Under the pieces are notes generated by a model, which saw nothing but the letters and a program-made list of their open reading frames with translations, was not told the DNA's origin and did not search any database. Positions 34,320-48,800 of a stretch of 64,000 nucleotides of DNA are shown here, piece after piece. The first letter of the stretch is position 1. Every line of letters starts with the position of its first letter. A program made the translations under genes and the position numbers. This stretch comes from Antedon mediterranea (taxonomy: Eukaryota; Animalia; Echinodermata): positions 23,113,175 through 23,177,174 of the forward strand of contig NC_092677.1 of the NCBI RefSeq assembly GCF_964355755.1. The letters are read 5' to 3'.

Positions 34320-36838
34320 GAAGTGTGAACAGTATTAGTGGTTCAAACGTTTCTATTTCACTGTATGTACCAGATTTATTCGACTCATTTCAATTGGAAA
34401 CTATCCCAGCATTGATTAATACAAGAGGTAAGTTTTATAGGAATGTCATAGAATAAAACCTAACGGTACATGCCAGTGATACCAAGATATTTGAGAAATA
34501 TATTATAACACATGTGTATTCTTGTCATTTTGGTTGACTTTGTATCACGTTGCCATCAATTATGTTCGCCCTTTCAACGATTGAAGATATTATTCAGGTT
34601 CATGTAACATGTTTGAACCGTCTATATTACAGAGAAATTACTCTGTTCCCGCAGCAAAAATAAGTGCACAATTGTTTACATTCGTAGCCTTCGACAAAAT
34701 AATGCTTTGTAGTCGTTGATTTAGGAGAATAAATTAATTCGTTTCAAGTTTTCACTGTTCCATTCAACTTGGATTTGCCTCTTTGAATGTAACTGTCTCA
34801 AGAACTCAACATTCATTATTCTGTAATATGATGTACTCCAGCTCATTGAGGGTTTTTTAACAAACCTTATGAAGACAATCTGCATTTCATATTACTTTTA
34901 GGAATGTACATTTCTTCGATTGTTGTCATTGAGCTAACTTTATTAGATGGTGAAAATGGTAATGAAATTGATATTACTAAACCAATAACAGTAAAAGTAC
35001 CAGTTACATCTGATAATGTGAAAGACGGGGATAGGATCCCTTCTATGTATTATGAAAAAACACAAGGTAAATTAAGTGATTGTATTTCATTACTTTTTTT
35101 ATTATTTGTAATAAAATTATGCATATAAATATAATTACTCTATATTGTTTTGTTTTTTGCTTTCCGCATTTGTATTTTGGATAGAGAAATAAATAAAAAT
35201 TGTCTAGCGTAACGTTAATATTATTATAATGTTTTGGCGTTTTTCACATTCTGGATAACAAGTTGTTGTTGTTGTTGTTGCTGAAAAACCTGTTGAAAGT
35301 GTTCATGATGAAGTTTAAGTTTGCAATACCTAATTTTAATGTTGACCTAATTGATATTTCTTTATTTAAAGTGGTATCTTTCGTATTATTAGCAATACAT
35401 TTAAGGATTGGTATTTTGGGTGAAACAGGCAATATTAAATTGCTTTTAAATAATATTAATCGTTGTTCTATACTGTAGTTGCTTTTTTTGTTATATTAGT
35501 TATATATTTATTATTTACTCTGTTAAAACAATCATTTAAGCACATCAAAAGATAACCATTACAATCTTATAATTACGAATTCAAAATCAACACATTACTC
35601 AATATTATTATAGTATGTATTTTTTTTATCATTGTTACTTAAGGTGCATGGCTGATATTTGATTATGGAGACGTGGTTACAATTGATGGATACCTGTACT
35701 GGGTGGCTGAATTACCTCATTTGTCATTTTGGCAAGGAGGTTTAATAATTGAAAATTCAACATGTGTGACAGTTAGAGTGTGCGCAGATGACAGCTGTTT
35801 TCAACCGATACCTTTACAGACAGTCGAGTAATTATGTCATTAACTAATGTTATACTCTTGAATTTGTGAAATAAAATATTGATATAACCTAGGCTACTTG
35901 ATTATTCCATGAAAGTTATAATTATTTATGAGTGATTATTGTCATTTGAAATTGATTAAAACAATATAAATATATATATCAAAGAGTAAATTAAAGTAAG
36001 TGTTACTAGTCAATTCTCATAGTAGCACTTATAATTTTGCTATTATTAGGATTGTTAATAAAATATTAAATTTTAAAATAAAGATTTAATTTTTAAAAAA
36101 GACTTCGAATAGACCATGTCGCCGTTTGACCGTCCATGACTTCAAGTCAATTTGACCATTTTTGCTTTAAATTCTAAGTCATTAGTATTCTGTTGGTTGT
36201 GAAAATTAATTTGGTCAGCGGAAAACATATATATATCAAACAGTAAAATACAGAAGTAGCCTAGTTTTTATAGTCTATTTCATACAAAAACTGATTTTAT
36301 CAATAATTTTGATTTGAGTACTTAGGGAGAAAGTGCTGATGTTCTTCAAATGAGACAACGATACTAATGTGATAAGTTATGTTATATTGCAGAGTATCAG
36401 GTATAGACCATGTATTCTACACACAAGAAATGACTGATTCATCAGGTTTTGTCTGCATAGATGTCAAAGTGGGATCCACTGTACGAATTTCAACGGAATG
36501 TTCATCTTCCAATTCAAATATATCGTATGTTTTACAAACATCAAACGATATAGCAGAATGCTCATCTGGCAACTGTTCAGAGGTAATGTTCGTTGTTGAA
36601 TGCCTATTGAATTTAACTACCGGTGTGGGAACAGCTAGTCCAACTACTCTTGCGGAAGAAACCACATTGCGTACAACTAAACCAACTACTGCTGCAGAAC
36701 TAACCACCAAAGAAACAAACGATCAATCTTCAACGTGTGTATTGGTTAGTGTATGCGCAGACGACAGCTGTCTACAACCCATGCCTTTACATACAGTCGA
36801 GTAAGTATCTCATTTTATATTAAAACGATGTATTGCCG

Positions 36839-36879
<41 letters not shown>

Positions 36880-39800
36880 ATATTAAAAAGGAAGATTAAT
36901 AAAACAAAAGACATTGAATAGACCATGTCGCCGTTTTAATAAGTTAAATCACTTCCGTAGACAAACAATTCTTTAAACAAAATGTTTTCGCTTACAACAA
37001 ACAAAATAAGCGTTTAAATTCAACCAAAAACTCATTGACTTCAAGCCAATTTGACCATTTTGGATTTAAATTCAAGTTACTAGTATTCTGTTGATTGTTA
37101 AAATTAATTTGGTCAGCTGAAAACCTATCAAACAGTAAAATACAGAAGTAACCTAATTGTTATAATCTATTTCATACCAAAACTTATTGTATCAATATTT
37201 TGATTTGAGTACTTAGGGAGAAAGTGCTGAAGTTCTTCAAATGAAACAATGATACTAATGTGATAAGTTATGTTATATTGCAGAGTATCAGGTATAGAGC
37301 ATGTATTCTACACACAAGAAATGACTGATTCATCAGGTTTTGTCTGCATAGATGTCAAATTGGGATCCACTGTACGAATTTCAACAGAATGTTCGTCTTC
37401 CAAATCCAATATATCTTATGTTTTACAAACATCAACCAATGTAGTAGAATGCTCCTCAGGCAACTGTTCAGAGGTAAAGTTCGTTGTTGAATGCCCATTG
37501 AATTTAACTACCGATGTGGGAACAACTAGTCCAACTATTGCTGCAGAACTAACTACCATAGAAACAAACGATCAACCTTCAACATGTGTATTGGGTAGAG
37601 TGTGCGCAGACGACAGTTGTCTACAACCGGTGCCTTTACAAACAGTCGAGTAAGTATTTCATTTAATACTAAAGATGTATTGTCCCTCAAAAATATCAAA
37701 AATGAAGATTAATGAAAAAAGTTTTTGAATAGATCATGTCGCCGTTTTAATAAAGTTAAATCTCTTCCGTAGAAAAAAATACTTTAAAAACATGTTTTCA
37801 CTTATAACAAACAAAATAAACGGTTAAATTCAACTTAAAGCCCATTGACTTAATTTCTAAGGCACTACTACTCTGTTGATTGTTTAAATTAATTTGGTCA
37901 GCTGAAAACCTATCAAACAGTCAAATAGCCTAGTTTTTATAGTCTATTTCATACCAAAACTGATTTTATTAATAATTTGATTTGAGTACTTAGGGAGAAA
38001 GTGCCGAAGTTCTTCAAATGAGACAACGATACTAATGTGATAAGTTATGTTATATTGCAGAGTATCAGGTATATACCATGTATTCTACACACAAGAAATG
38101 ACTGATTCATCAGGTTTTGTCTGCATAGATGTCAAAGTGGGATCCACTGTACGAATTTCAACAGAATGTTCATCTTCCAATTCCAATGCATCGTATGTTT
38201 TACAAACATCAAACAATATAGCAGAATGCTCATCTGGAAACTGTTCAGAGGTCATGTTTGTTGCAGGATGTCAGACTTGCGATGGTTTCTTATGTGGAAG
38301 CGGTGAATGCATCAATGCGAGTGTGCAGTGTGACGGTAACTCTGATTGTAACGATGGTAGCGATGAATTAGATTGTCAGTTAGACAGAGGTTGTTTAATT
38401 ATTGAGGCCTGCATTGACAAAGAGTGTCTTACAACATTGCCAGACTACCAACTAACGTAAGATCTTCTTTTGCAGTGATAAAATCTGCCTAAAATATTTC
38501 ACACATTAAAACAAAAATGGTCTGTAACTCTTATTATTTAAGATCCAAGTTATTGATATCATTCTGTTCCATTTATTTAGTTTCAATATTGTTTGGAATT
38601 GAAAGAAATCATTTTTATAAATTAGTGCCTAAATATAGGCCTACATAAATTGCTTTATGTTTTCTTATACATTTTCGTTAACTTACAATAATTGTTATTA
38701 AATAAAGTTATTATTATCAAAGCCATGTAGATGATAATAGTATTGTATTCAAATGATATTTAAATGCAATATGTATTAGAATATTTGGATATCTGAGTCT
38801 ATATTTATTAAGCGTTTTAGTTATAACTGTATTGGATTTATATCAACAGCATCTACGATTATTCAGGATTATCAACAGTATTCACAAACATCAATGGAAG
38901 TGTATGTGTACCCATTTATATCAACGAAACAACTGTGGTTTCATCAAATTGTTCAGAAAACATTATTTTGTCAACCAATGTCACAACATTCACATATGGT
39001 ATGTGCTGGGAAAATGATTGTGCTGAAATGCGTATTGTGGTTAATTGTACAATGGAATCTACTAACCCAACGACTCCAGCAGAATCAACTGCCTTGGGTA
39101 CAACTAAAGCCACTACTACTGAAGAACCATCTACGATGGAAAAAGTTGACCAAACTACTGCTGCAGAACCAACTACCATGAAAACAAACGACCAAACTAC
39201 TGCTGCTGAACCAACCACCATCAAAACAACTTATAAAACTACTGTTGCAGAACCAACTACCATGGAAACAACTGACCAAACTTCTACTGCTGAACCAACC
39301 ACCATCAAAACAACTGACCAAACTACTGCTGCTGAACCAACTACCATCAAAACAACTGACCAAACTACTGCTGCTGAACCAACCACCATCAAAACAACTG
39401 ACCAAACTACTGTTGCTGAACCAACCACCATCAAAACAACTTATCAAACTACTGTTGCAGAACCAACTACCATCAAAACAACTTATCAAACTACTGTTGC
39501 AGAACCAACCACCATCAAAACAACTTATCAAACTACTGTTGCAGAACCAACCACCATCAAAACAACTGATCAAACTACTGTTGCTGAACCAACCACCATC
39601 AAAACAACTGACCAAACTACTGTTGCTGAACCAACCACCATCAAAACAACTGACCAAACTACTGTTGCTGAACCAACCACCATCAAAACAACTGACCAAA
39701 CTACTGTTGCTGAACCAACCACCATCAAAACAACTTATCAAACTACTGTTGCAGAACCAACTACCATGGAAACAACTCAACCAACTACAGGTATGATTCC

Positions 39801-42800
39801 ATACAGTTTGCTTTAAAAATAATCAATAAACGCATTCTACGCCAAAGCGAAATGGGGGTGGGGGGCTGTGGTGAAGCGAATGCTGGTAATAACACTTCTA
39901 GATGGTTTGAAATGGTACTCTCGCACATAAAGTTTATGATAAATGGCACCTCTAATTGGCGGGAAATTACGCTCCCATGTACTTTAATATTTATTATTTC
40001 AAACATTCAACCACCGAACATAAAATTACATTTGTTCTAATGCAATGGGCGACTAAATATATATATATTAATTCTAAGCCGCTCGGTGATATACTGAACA
40101 TTTATTATTTAATTTAAAACGATAAGATGAGGAAATCTGAGAATTAGAAAAAGCCCCAACCGAGATTCGAATCCGGACGCATTATTTTTTCTCCTATGCG
40201 ATTAGGGCAGAAATCATGAATACTTTATTAGAATAATTATGACATAATATGGGAATTTATAGAGGTATAAGGAAATTTAGGCCTAAATGAACAATCGGTT
40301 ATTTTTTTAGTTACTACATACAGTATTACTTTAATTATACTATTTATTGGACAAGAAGAGGCAACATTCTCAAACGACTTGGATAATCCTGAATCAGCAC
40401 TGTACATTCAGTATGAGAACAGCATATGTGATTCGGTATGTAATTGTATAAATGTTATAATGATGACAATTACAATCATTAATAATAACATTATAACGAC
40501 GGCGACGAAGATGACAGATAATAGTGATGACAATTGATAATAAATGATATAAGATAATATGTATAAATATACCAAGAAAGAAACCCTCCTTATTGATTCA
40601 CAAGTAAGGCTGTTTGACTGGAAAAATCAGGTGGGATTAGATGGTACTCTATTTTTAACAATTCTGTCGCTCGGATAAAATCATGAAAATTATCATCACT
40701 GCATCTATTTTGTTTATTCCATAACAGCTTACCAATGTATATGATAGTAGTGACATCATACTGTGCAAAGTCACTAGATTCAGTCAAGGAAGTATAATTG
40801 CCGACATTGAACTTACATTTCCTGGTAACACAGTAACTGCTAATGATTTAGAGACGGTACTTGTTGATTCCATTGAAGACGGTGGGCTTCCTGGTACTGA
40901 CATATCTGTGGATGCTGACGCTATTGAAGTAATCGAATGTAAGTGTGTTAATAATACTAATAATGTTATTTATTTAATATAATTATATTGACATTACATG
41001 ACATATTGGTTTTTAACAATTACTGTAAGAGCATGAGTTGGTTATCTAAACATATTATGTAATAGAGTTCTTTACAAATTACCATTATGTTGATTCCCCT
41101 TATGTAGCAGATACTTTTACAAAGATTTCCAAACAACATACGTACTATACAGGGAAACCAAATTAACATATTTTTGTAATTCGTAATGATATTGAAGGGC
41201 TAGATTCAAAACATTGTATTATACCTGTAGTGCTATTGAAGATTGGAATAATCTTCCATAAAATATTAAAGGTATAACAACATTAAAAATTATAAGAGTG
41301 CTAGAAAGATTCATCTTTAGTAATGTGCATGACTAGACTGTACTAAGTAATGTAAATTGTATATTATATTTTTTTTTGTAAACCGCAATAAAGACCCTAT
41401 TGTATCAGCGTTATGGCTCATCCTAGTATGTTCAGTACCAAATAAAACAAACAAACAAATATGCCAAATGTATAATTATAGTATAGTATTACAGGCTACT
41501 ATCGTATTTCAGTGATGATGATTGCTGCCTCTCCGCTGAAAAGTCTGCCGACATTTCTGCTTGGGCTGCTCCAGTTTCTTCCAATCGGATCTTTCGTTGG
41601 CTAGTTGTTTAAGTTGTTTAATGTATTTCAATAACTTATTTACTTTATTTCCAATAATGTATAAGAAGTTGCCCATTTGTGGTTATTACTTTGTAAACAA
41701 ACGAATAACAGTTCGGTCAATTGATTTGTACACCCAGGTTAAAATAAATAAGAAATAACTTGTTTTAACAGTGCTAAATAATAATTGAGACCGGTAATTT
41801 TGGTTGATAATTTTAAATCACAACTCAAATCAAGTATTTTAATATTATGTTTTTATTTCCAATGGCAAACGATACGGTTAACTTAAGTTTATAATAATAC
41901 AATGCAAATGTTTTTCCATAAACAGGTGTTTATTACTCCCTATGAAAAGCACACTAAAGGGTGTTTTTTTTTTTTCAGATTCATGTCCAGGCTATTGTTA
42001 CAATAGAGGAACATGCGATGATAGTGAACTGCCACCTATGTGTACCTGTGATTCAGGCTACGAAGGTGACAGGTGTGAGGATGAATCAGGTATTGGTTGT
42101 TTTAATGTTTTTAATAAATTTAATTTTAGATAATTTTTTTCTATTGTTGTAATTACAGTGACATTTTAATACCACTCATGACTTCATTCAGTCAAACATA
42201 TTGTTATTGAAATTCCAGGGCTCCAGTGGTATACAATCACATACGCTTTACTAAGAGTACAATATATTTGAATTATGTTATGAGTTAATTGTATAATATG
42301 TATTATTATATAGACCATGGGAATTTTGCCAATTTACTTTAAACATGCAAATTGTACAATGATTATTTACCGTAATTATTTGGTTAATAATTCTGATGAA
42401 CAAGAAAATTCTCCAGGCAAAATCTGCAGTATCATTATATTATACAAATAAGAGTGTGTTAGTGGAGATGCGGCGCACTCGAGGGTATTTACAATGTTGC
42501 GACATGCACGCGGCGCAACTGAGTGCATGTTGCACAACATTGTAAATACCAGAGAGTGCGCCGCATCTCAACTCTAACGTACGAATTTAGACTTGTGCAT
42601 TATTTGTTTTATAACATTGGTCTATGAACTATTTTCACTTATACCTTTTTGTGTGAATATTCCTAGACCTAGCCTAAAAAGAAGCTAGGCCTACCACGGC
42701 AGGCACCACTGCTCGGCGACCAACACTGCCTAGCCTAGCCTACATTTCATTTTAAGAATGGGTCTGTCTGTTTCTTGTCATATTCGTTATGTTATTCTGA

Positions 42801-45800
42801 TATTCTAATTGTTCTTTATAATAAAATTTAATAATGGTATTTGTCTTTAATAAACATTATAGAATTTTGGCCTAAGGGATAATCTGTCTGTTATTTTTTT
42901 TAAGTTAATGCATACAGTATTACTTTAATTATACTATTTGTGGGACAAGAAGAGGCAACATTCTCAAACGACTTGGATAATCCTGAATCAGCACTGTACA
43001 TGCAATATGAGAACAGCATATGTGATTCGGTATGTAATTGTATAAATGTAATAATAATGATGATAATAATTTATAATTAATCTATATATAAATTTACGTA
43101 AGGGCAAAATTCGGTAAATCGCGCGGTATTTCTAGAATGTTTACTCGATGGTATATAAAGTTGGTTCGTACTTTCGGTACTGATTTTAACCACCTGATGT
43201 AACTCTGTTTACTAATTAAATTGAGTTCGATAATTAGTTATTGACGATTAAAACGAATTTAGGTTCAACGATTTGCCCCAAATAGGGGTGTTCTTCGATG
43301 GGGGTCACGAAACCTAAGACCACGAAACCTAAGACCACGAAACCTAAGACCACGAAAGCTAAGACCCCCTAAGACCTAAGATCACGAAAGCTAAGACCCA
43401 GGACCTAAGATTACAAATATTTACCTTTCGCACCTGCCTTGTATTTTAACTCCCAACATTTATTCTGAATACCAGACTTTAGAATTGGCGCTTTTATGTA
43501 AAAGAATCACATAAAAAGTAACAAATACATTTTTAAATTGATGATTTTACAGACGTTTTTCTCACACACAAACTGTTTGCGAACTTCGCATGACTAGCGT
43601 ACAGTACAGTAGCAGTAGTAGGCATGTTAAGGTGCATATTTTAGGCAAATCCTTCAAATTGTGATAATATTTTGAAACTTTGCACAGTTATTCATTAGGG
43701 TGTCAAAAACATGAAATGGAAGGGTTGCACAAAATTTGGTCAGGGGAAAGCCGCCATTTTGGATTTCAAAATGGCGGACCCCAAATTTTCACTTTTCAGG
43801 TGTATCTCTGCTAAAAAGGCACCTAGAGTTCTGATTTTAGGTGCAAATTATATGGTAGTGGGGTCACCAAACATATTGGTATAACTAACATTTTGATTGC
43901 ATGGCGGCCATGTTTGATTTCAAAATGGTGGACCCCAAATTTTCACTTTTCAGGTATATCTCTGCTAAAAAGCACCTAGAGTTCTGATTTTAGGTGCAAA
44001 TTATATGGTAGTGGGGTCACCAAACATATTGGTATAACTAACATTTTGATTGCATGGCGGCCATGTTGGATTTCAAAATGGCGGACTTCAAATTTTCACT
44101 TTTCAGGTATATCTCTGCTAAAAAGGCACCTAGAGTTCTGATTTTAGGTGCAAATTATATGGTAATGGGGTCACCAAACATATTAGTATAACTAACATTT
44201 TGATTGCATGGTGGCCATTTTGGATTTCAAAATGGCGGACTTCAAATTTTCACTTTTCAGGTATCTCTGCTAAAAAGGTACACAGAGTTCTGATTTTAGG
44301 TGCCAATTATATGGTAATGGGTAACCAAACATATTGGTATTTAACTGACATTTTTATTGCATGTCGGTCATTTTGAATTTCAAAATGGCGAACTCAAAAT
44401 GTTTCAGTACGGTACTGTACCTACAGTTATAATTTTAGGTACAAAGTATAATATAGTATTGAGGTCAACAAACATATTAATATATATATATGATTAATAG
44501 CGTTTTACGTATAGTGTTTATTGTAGATACTAGATGGTACGCTCGCTTCACTCGCGTACCATCTAGGTCGTGCCCACAGATGGTTCTCGAATACACAGTA
44601 TTTCCCAGCGAGAAAAAAATGGAGATTTCAAATGTACGTACTGCAGGACTACATTGTCGTTTACACAAACGAATAAATATACACGATGATTTATGTAGTC
44701 AGCTAAAATTAGCACCCTGGGAATTACTTCCGAGAGAGAAACAAAATGAGTCAAATTTTTTTATTTGGACTCATTTAAACAAACCCAATTTGTGTTTTGT
44801 ATGTAACATTAAGGGTTGAGGTATAGGGGAAGAAGATAGGTACAAAGAGGAAACATTTTAAAATATATTCTTATCCACTCAGTAACGAAATATTGTTTTT
44901 AATGTTTTATAGGCCTATAAATAATATACCACTAAATACAGTAAAACATTTACGATTTAATACTTTTTTAAAACTCTCACTGTCATAGTCGATTGAAATA
45001 GTAAAGTACATGTAACGATACACCACTACGTACGTTTATATATTTTTAAATTATTAATTAATACAAACGTTGAGAAGCAACAGTAGTAATAACGTTTATT
45101 TATTTGTATATTATATGTTTATAATCTAACAGTAGGGCCTACCCACATTCACAGTAATAAAGTTTATTTGTATATTTGTTTATATTATATCTAACAGTAC
45201 CAACACTCACAGTAAGAAATTTGCGATTCAAATTGCGATCAAAAGTGGTTAATACCTTAACATTATTGTACAGCATTGCAATACTATTTATGTTTATTCT
45301 CCAAGGGGGCCCATAAATCTAAATCTTTACCTCTATGGTTAAACCAAATAATTTGGAATGTTCCATTCATCACAAATCAATACATTTGTAAAAACGTATA
45401 TTACATGTATCAAAATAGCATTTTTTAAAGAAAATCGGCCTGTCTTCAACATCATGATGCTGTACTCGAACTGGTCAACCGGTTTTCAGCTATTAAAAAC
45501 AATTATCGTAGGAGGAGATAGGAAAATGCGAAGTGTCCTCGTATTATTGTGTGCGGGTATTTTTCAAATTGACATCCATTAGTGTCGTATAATAAATAAG
45601 TACTGTAATAGTTACTGAAGTTACTATTACAATCTCGTCAATGAAAACACGAAAATGTATATGCACTTACTTATGAAAACGTATACAGTATTATACTCAG
45701 TTATTGAAACAGTAGGTTTAAAAAAGTTTCGTTTGTCTGTAAAATGATGTAATCAAGCTGTTTACATGAGTCTTAATTTATAAGCACATCAATAATAAAA

Positions 45801-48800
45801 TAGTTTATCTATCCTGTAATTGGCGAGATTATGGTCGCTGTTGAATGAAATAAAGCCAATCGGTATCATATTTGTACAGAAACGTTTTCGCGGCCGAAGG
45901 GTGTAACCTAAATTCGTTGTATTATCGTCAAGAACTAACTGTAACTAAACTTACATAGAAAGTAGGGTATCATAAATTTGGCCTTAGCACTCGGGGGAGT
46001 GGCTAAGATGAAGTCCGTGGGACTACTAAATATAAATTGTAATGAACCTCGAGGGACATAAATAGGAATATTTCATGTTTCATTATCAATGTATAATAAA
46101 TGGAAACTGTTTACCGATTCAAATAATAGAAATTGGTTTTTAACATTTTCCGAACCTATTGCAAGTTTATTCTCAAAGGGCCCATATATTTACCTACCGT
46201 ATGTGTTAAACCAAGGGCTCATAAATTTACCTACAGTACTTGTGTTAAACCAAACTCTGGCAGACTGAGAGATTGGGATGTTCCATTCATCGCAAATCAA
46301 TACATTTGTATAATCGTATATTAAATCTATCAAAATAGTATTTTTTAAAGAAAATCGGCCTGTCTTCAACATTATGATGGTGTACTCTAGCAATCTATCA
46401 AAATAGTATTTTTTAAAGAAAATCGGCCTGTCTTCAACATTATGATGGTGTACTCTAGCTGTTCAACCGGTTTTCAGCTATTAAAAACAATTATCGTAGG
46501 AAGAGATAGGAAAATGCGAAGCCTCCTCGCTATGTAACATTAGGGTTGAGGGATGGGAAAGCGGATAGGTACAAAGAGGAACAATTTTTAAATATATTCT
46601 TTATCCACTGAGTAACGAAATATTTTGTTCATGTTTTATAGGCCTATAAATAATATACCTCTAAATACAGTAGGCCTAAAACATTTGCGATTTAATACTT
46701 TGTTAAAACTGTCACTGTCATAATCGATTGAAATATTAAAGTACATGTCACGATACACCACTACGACGTTTATATTTTTGGTAATTATTAATTAATACAA
46801 ACGTTGAGAAGGAACTGTCAGTATAAAGTTTATTTGTATATCTAACAGTAGAGCCTATCCACAGTCTCAGTAATAAAGTTTATTTGTATATATTTTTATA
46901 TTACATATAACAGTACGAACATTCACAGTAAGAAATGTTCGATTCAAATGAAAAATAGTTAATAGGTATTTACAGTATTGTCAAAGTATTGCAAGTTTAT
47001 TCTCAAAGGGCCCATATATTTACCTACCGTATGTGTTAAACCAAGGGCTCATAAATTTACCTACAGTACTTGTGTTAAACCAAACTCTGGCAGACTGAGA
47101 GATTGGGATGTTCCATTCATCGCAAATCAATACATTTGTATAATCGTATATTAAATCTATCAAAATAGTATTTTTTAAAGAAAATCGGCCTGTCTTCAAC
47201 ATTATGATGGTGTACTCTAGCTGTTCAACCGGTTTTCAGCTATTAAAAACAATTATTGTAGGAGGAGATAGAAAAATGCGAAGCCTCCTCGCATTTTTTT
47301 GGCGGGTATTTTTCAAGATGGACATCCATTAGACAGTGTATACCACGATCGGAAAACACCCCTATTTGGGGCAAATCGTTGAACCTAAATTCGTTTTAAT
47401 CGTCAATAACTAATTATCTAACTCAATTTAATTAGTAAACAGGGTTACATCAGGCGGTTAAAATCAGTACCGAAAGTACGAACCAACTTTACATACCATC
47501 GAGTGAAAATTCTAGAAGTAAGGCGCGATTTACCGAATTTTGCCCTTACGTAAATTTATATATAGATGAAAAGTGGTAAAAAAGAATAACAAATGCTTGG
47601 TAAATGCTAGGCCTAGATAACAGTCCGATGAAATCTACTCAAAACTAGTATAATTGTGTTATAAATATAATACAATATTGTGTGTATAAATGTGGATGGG
47701 CGTTAATTAGATGGTATTTGGATGGGAGGGAGGGGAAGGGAGTGGCGATAATTATTTTAATTGATGCTTTATTGGGGAGGTGTTCCGGGCGTTTATTCAA
47801 ATAAATACCATCCTAATTGGTATAATTAATACATTATTCCGCGACACAGTGAGCCGTTTTGGCCTAAGAAGGAAGACGTTTTAGACGACTTGCAACGTGG
47901 GCAGAAGTATCCCAGGGTCCTGACGGGACACAGATAGCGCATAGTATACATAAAGTCCTGGCAGCTTACTCAACAACTCGGCTATCGGGGTTTCATTCGA
48001 TTTCAAACAAAAGCTCTTATCATCAATTCTCTTCTTTTTTTTATGAATATATTTAATTTGATCTTTATGTACTACAGTACTACTGTATACCTTCACACGC
48101 GCGGTCCGAAAATAAACAAAAAACCAAATGGCCAACTTGTTTGTTTGTTAGTTTGTTTATTAATTCTTTTCCACACACATCAATATACATTTTACTTAAA
48201 TATTTAGATTAAAAAAAGTATGATGAGTGTGGAAGGTGACCAAATAAGTTGAAAACTTTAGGATATGGTCACCTTCGTTAATCATCAGAACGGTATTTAG
48301 TTTGGATACCCAGACAAGCACACGGGAGAAAAATTATCACTTAAACAATAATTACAGATAAATATACGAAAATGATTTTAAAAATGAAGCGTTCAAGTTA
48401 GCAACCATTAATTGTAACAGCAGTCGATCAGATTACAGACCGACCGAGTTAAGTTGAGCGCATCAAAAAATAATATTTAAAAACAAAATAAATAAAATTT
48501 AAAAATATAGTAAAAAATTATAGAATATATTATGTAAATCCAAATATAAATAATTTACAATTCATTTAAAACTCTTTAAATCCAATACAAAAAAAAATAT
48601 CAAAAGAAGGAAAGAGGAGACTACTCACCATACACTGAGACCAAGAGGCTTTTATTATGATATAGTAGAGGCTATATATGGTTTGACCTTGAAAAAATTC
48701 TAATAAAAGGTCTTTTGGTATTTTCTTGTAGCTTTAGGTGTGAATAAATACCAAAAAATTTTTGCAGCCTTCTAGTTGCTGCGTTAGTGAGATATTGAGG

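Noticed and set aside
39085-39796. Alternative-frame and antisense ORFs over the mucin VNTR
   Set aside because: By-products of a 42-bp repeat; only the Thr-rich frame splices in phase.
40148-40180. tRNA-like B-box fragment on the minus strand
   Set aside because: Too short; no A box or cloverleaf.
43081-47566. A single TIR transposon with ~220-bp TIRs
   Set aside because: The right arm belongs to a complete Helitron (44530-47566) with a demonstrated empty site; the arms are two family-A 5' ends, and there is no TSD.
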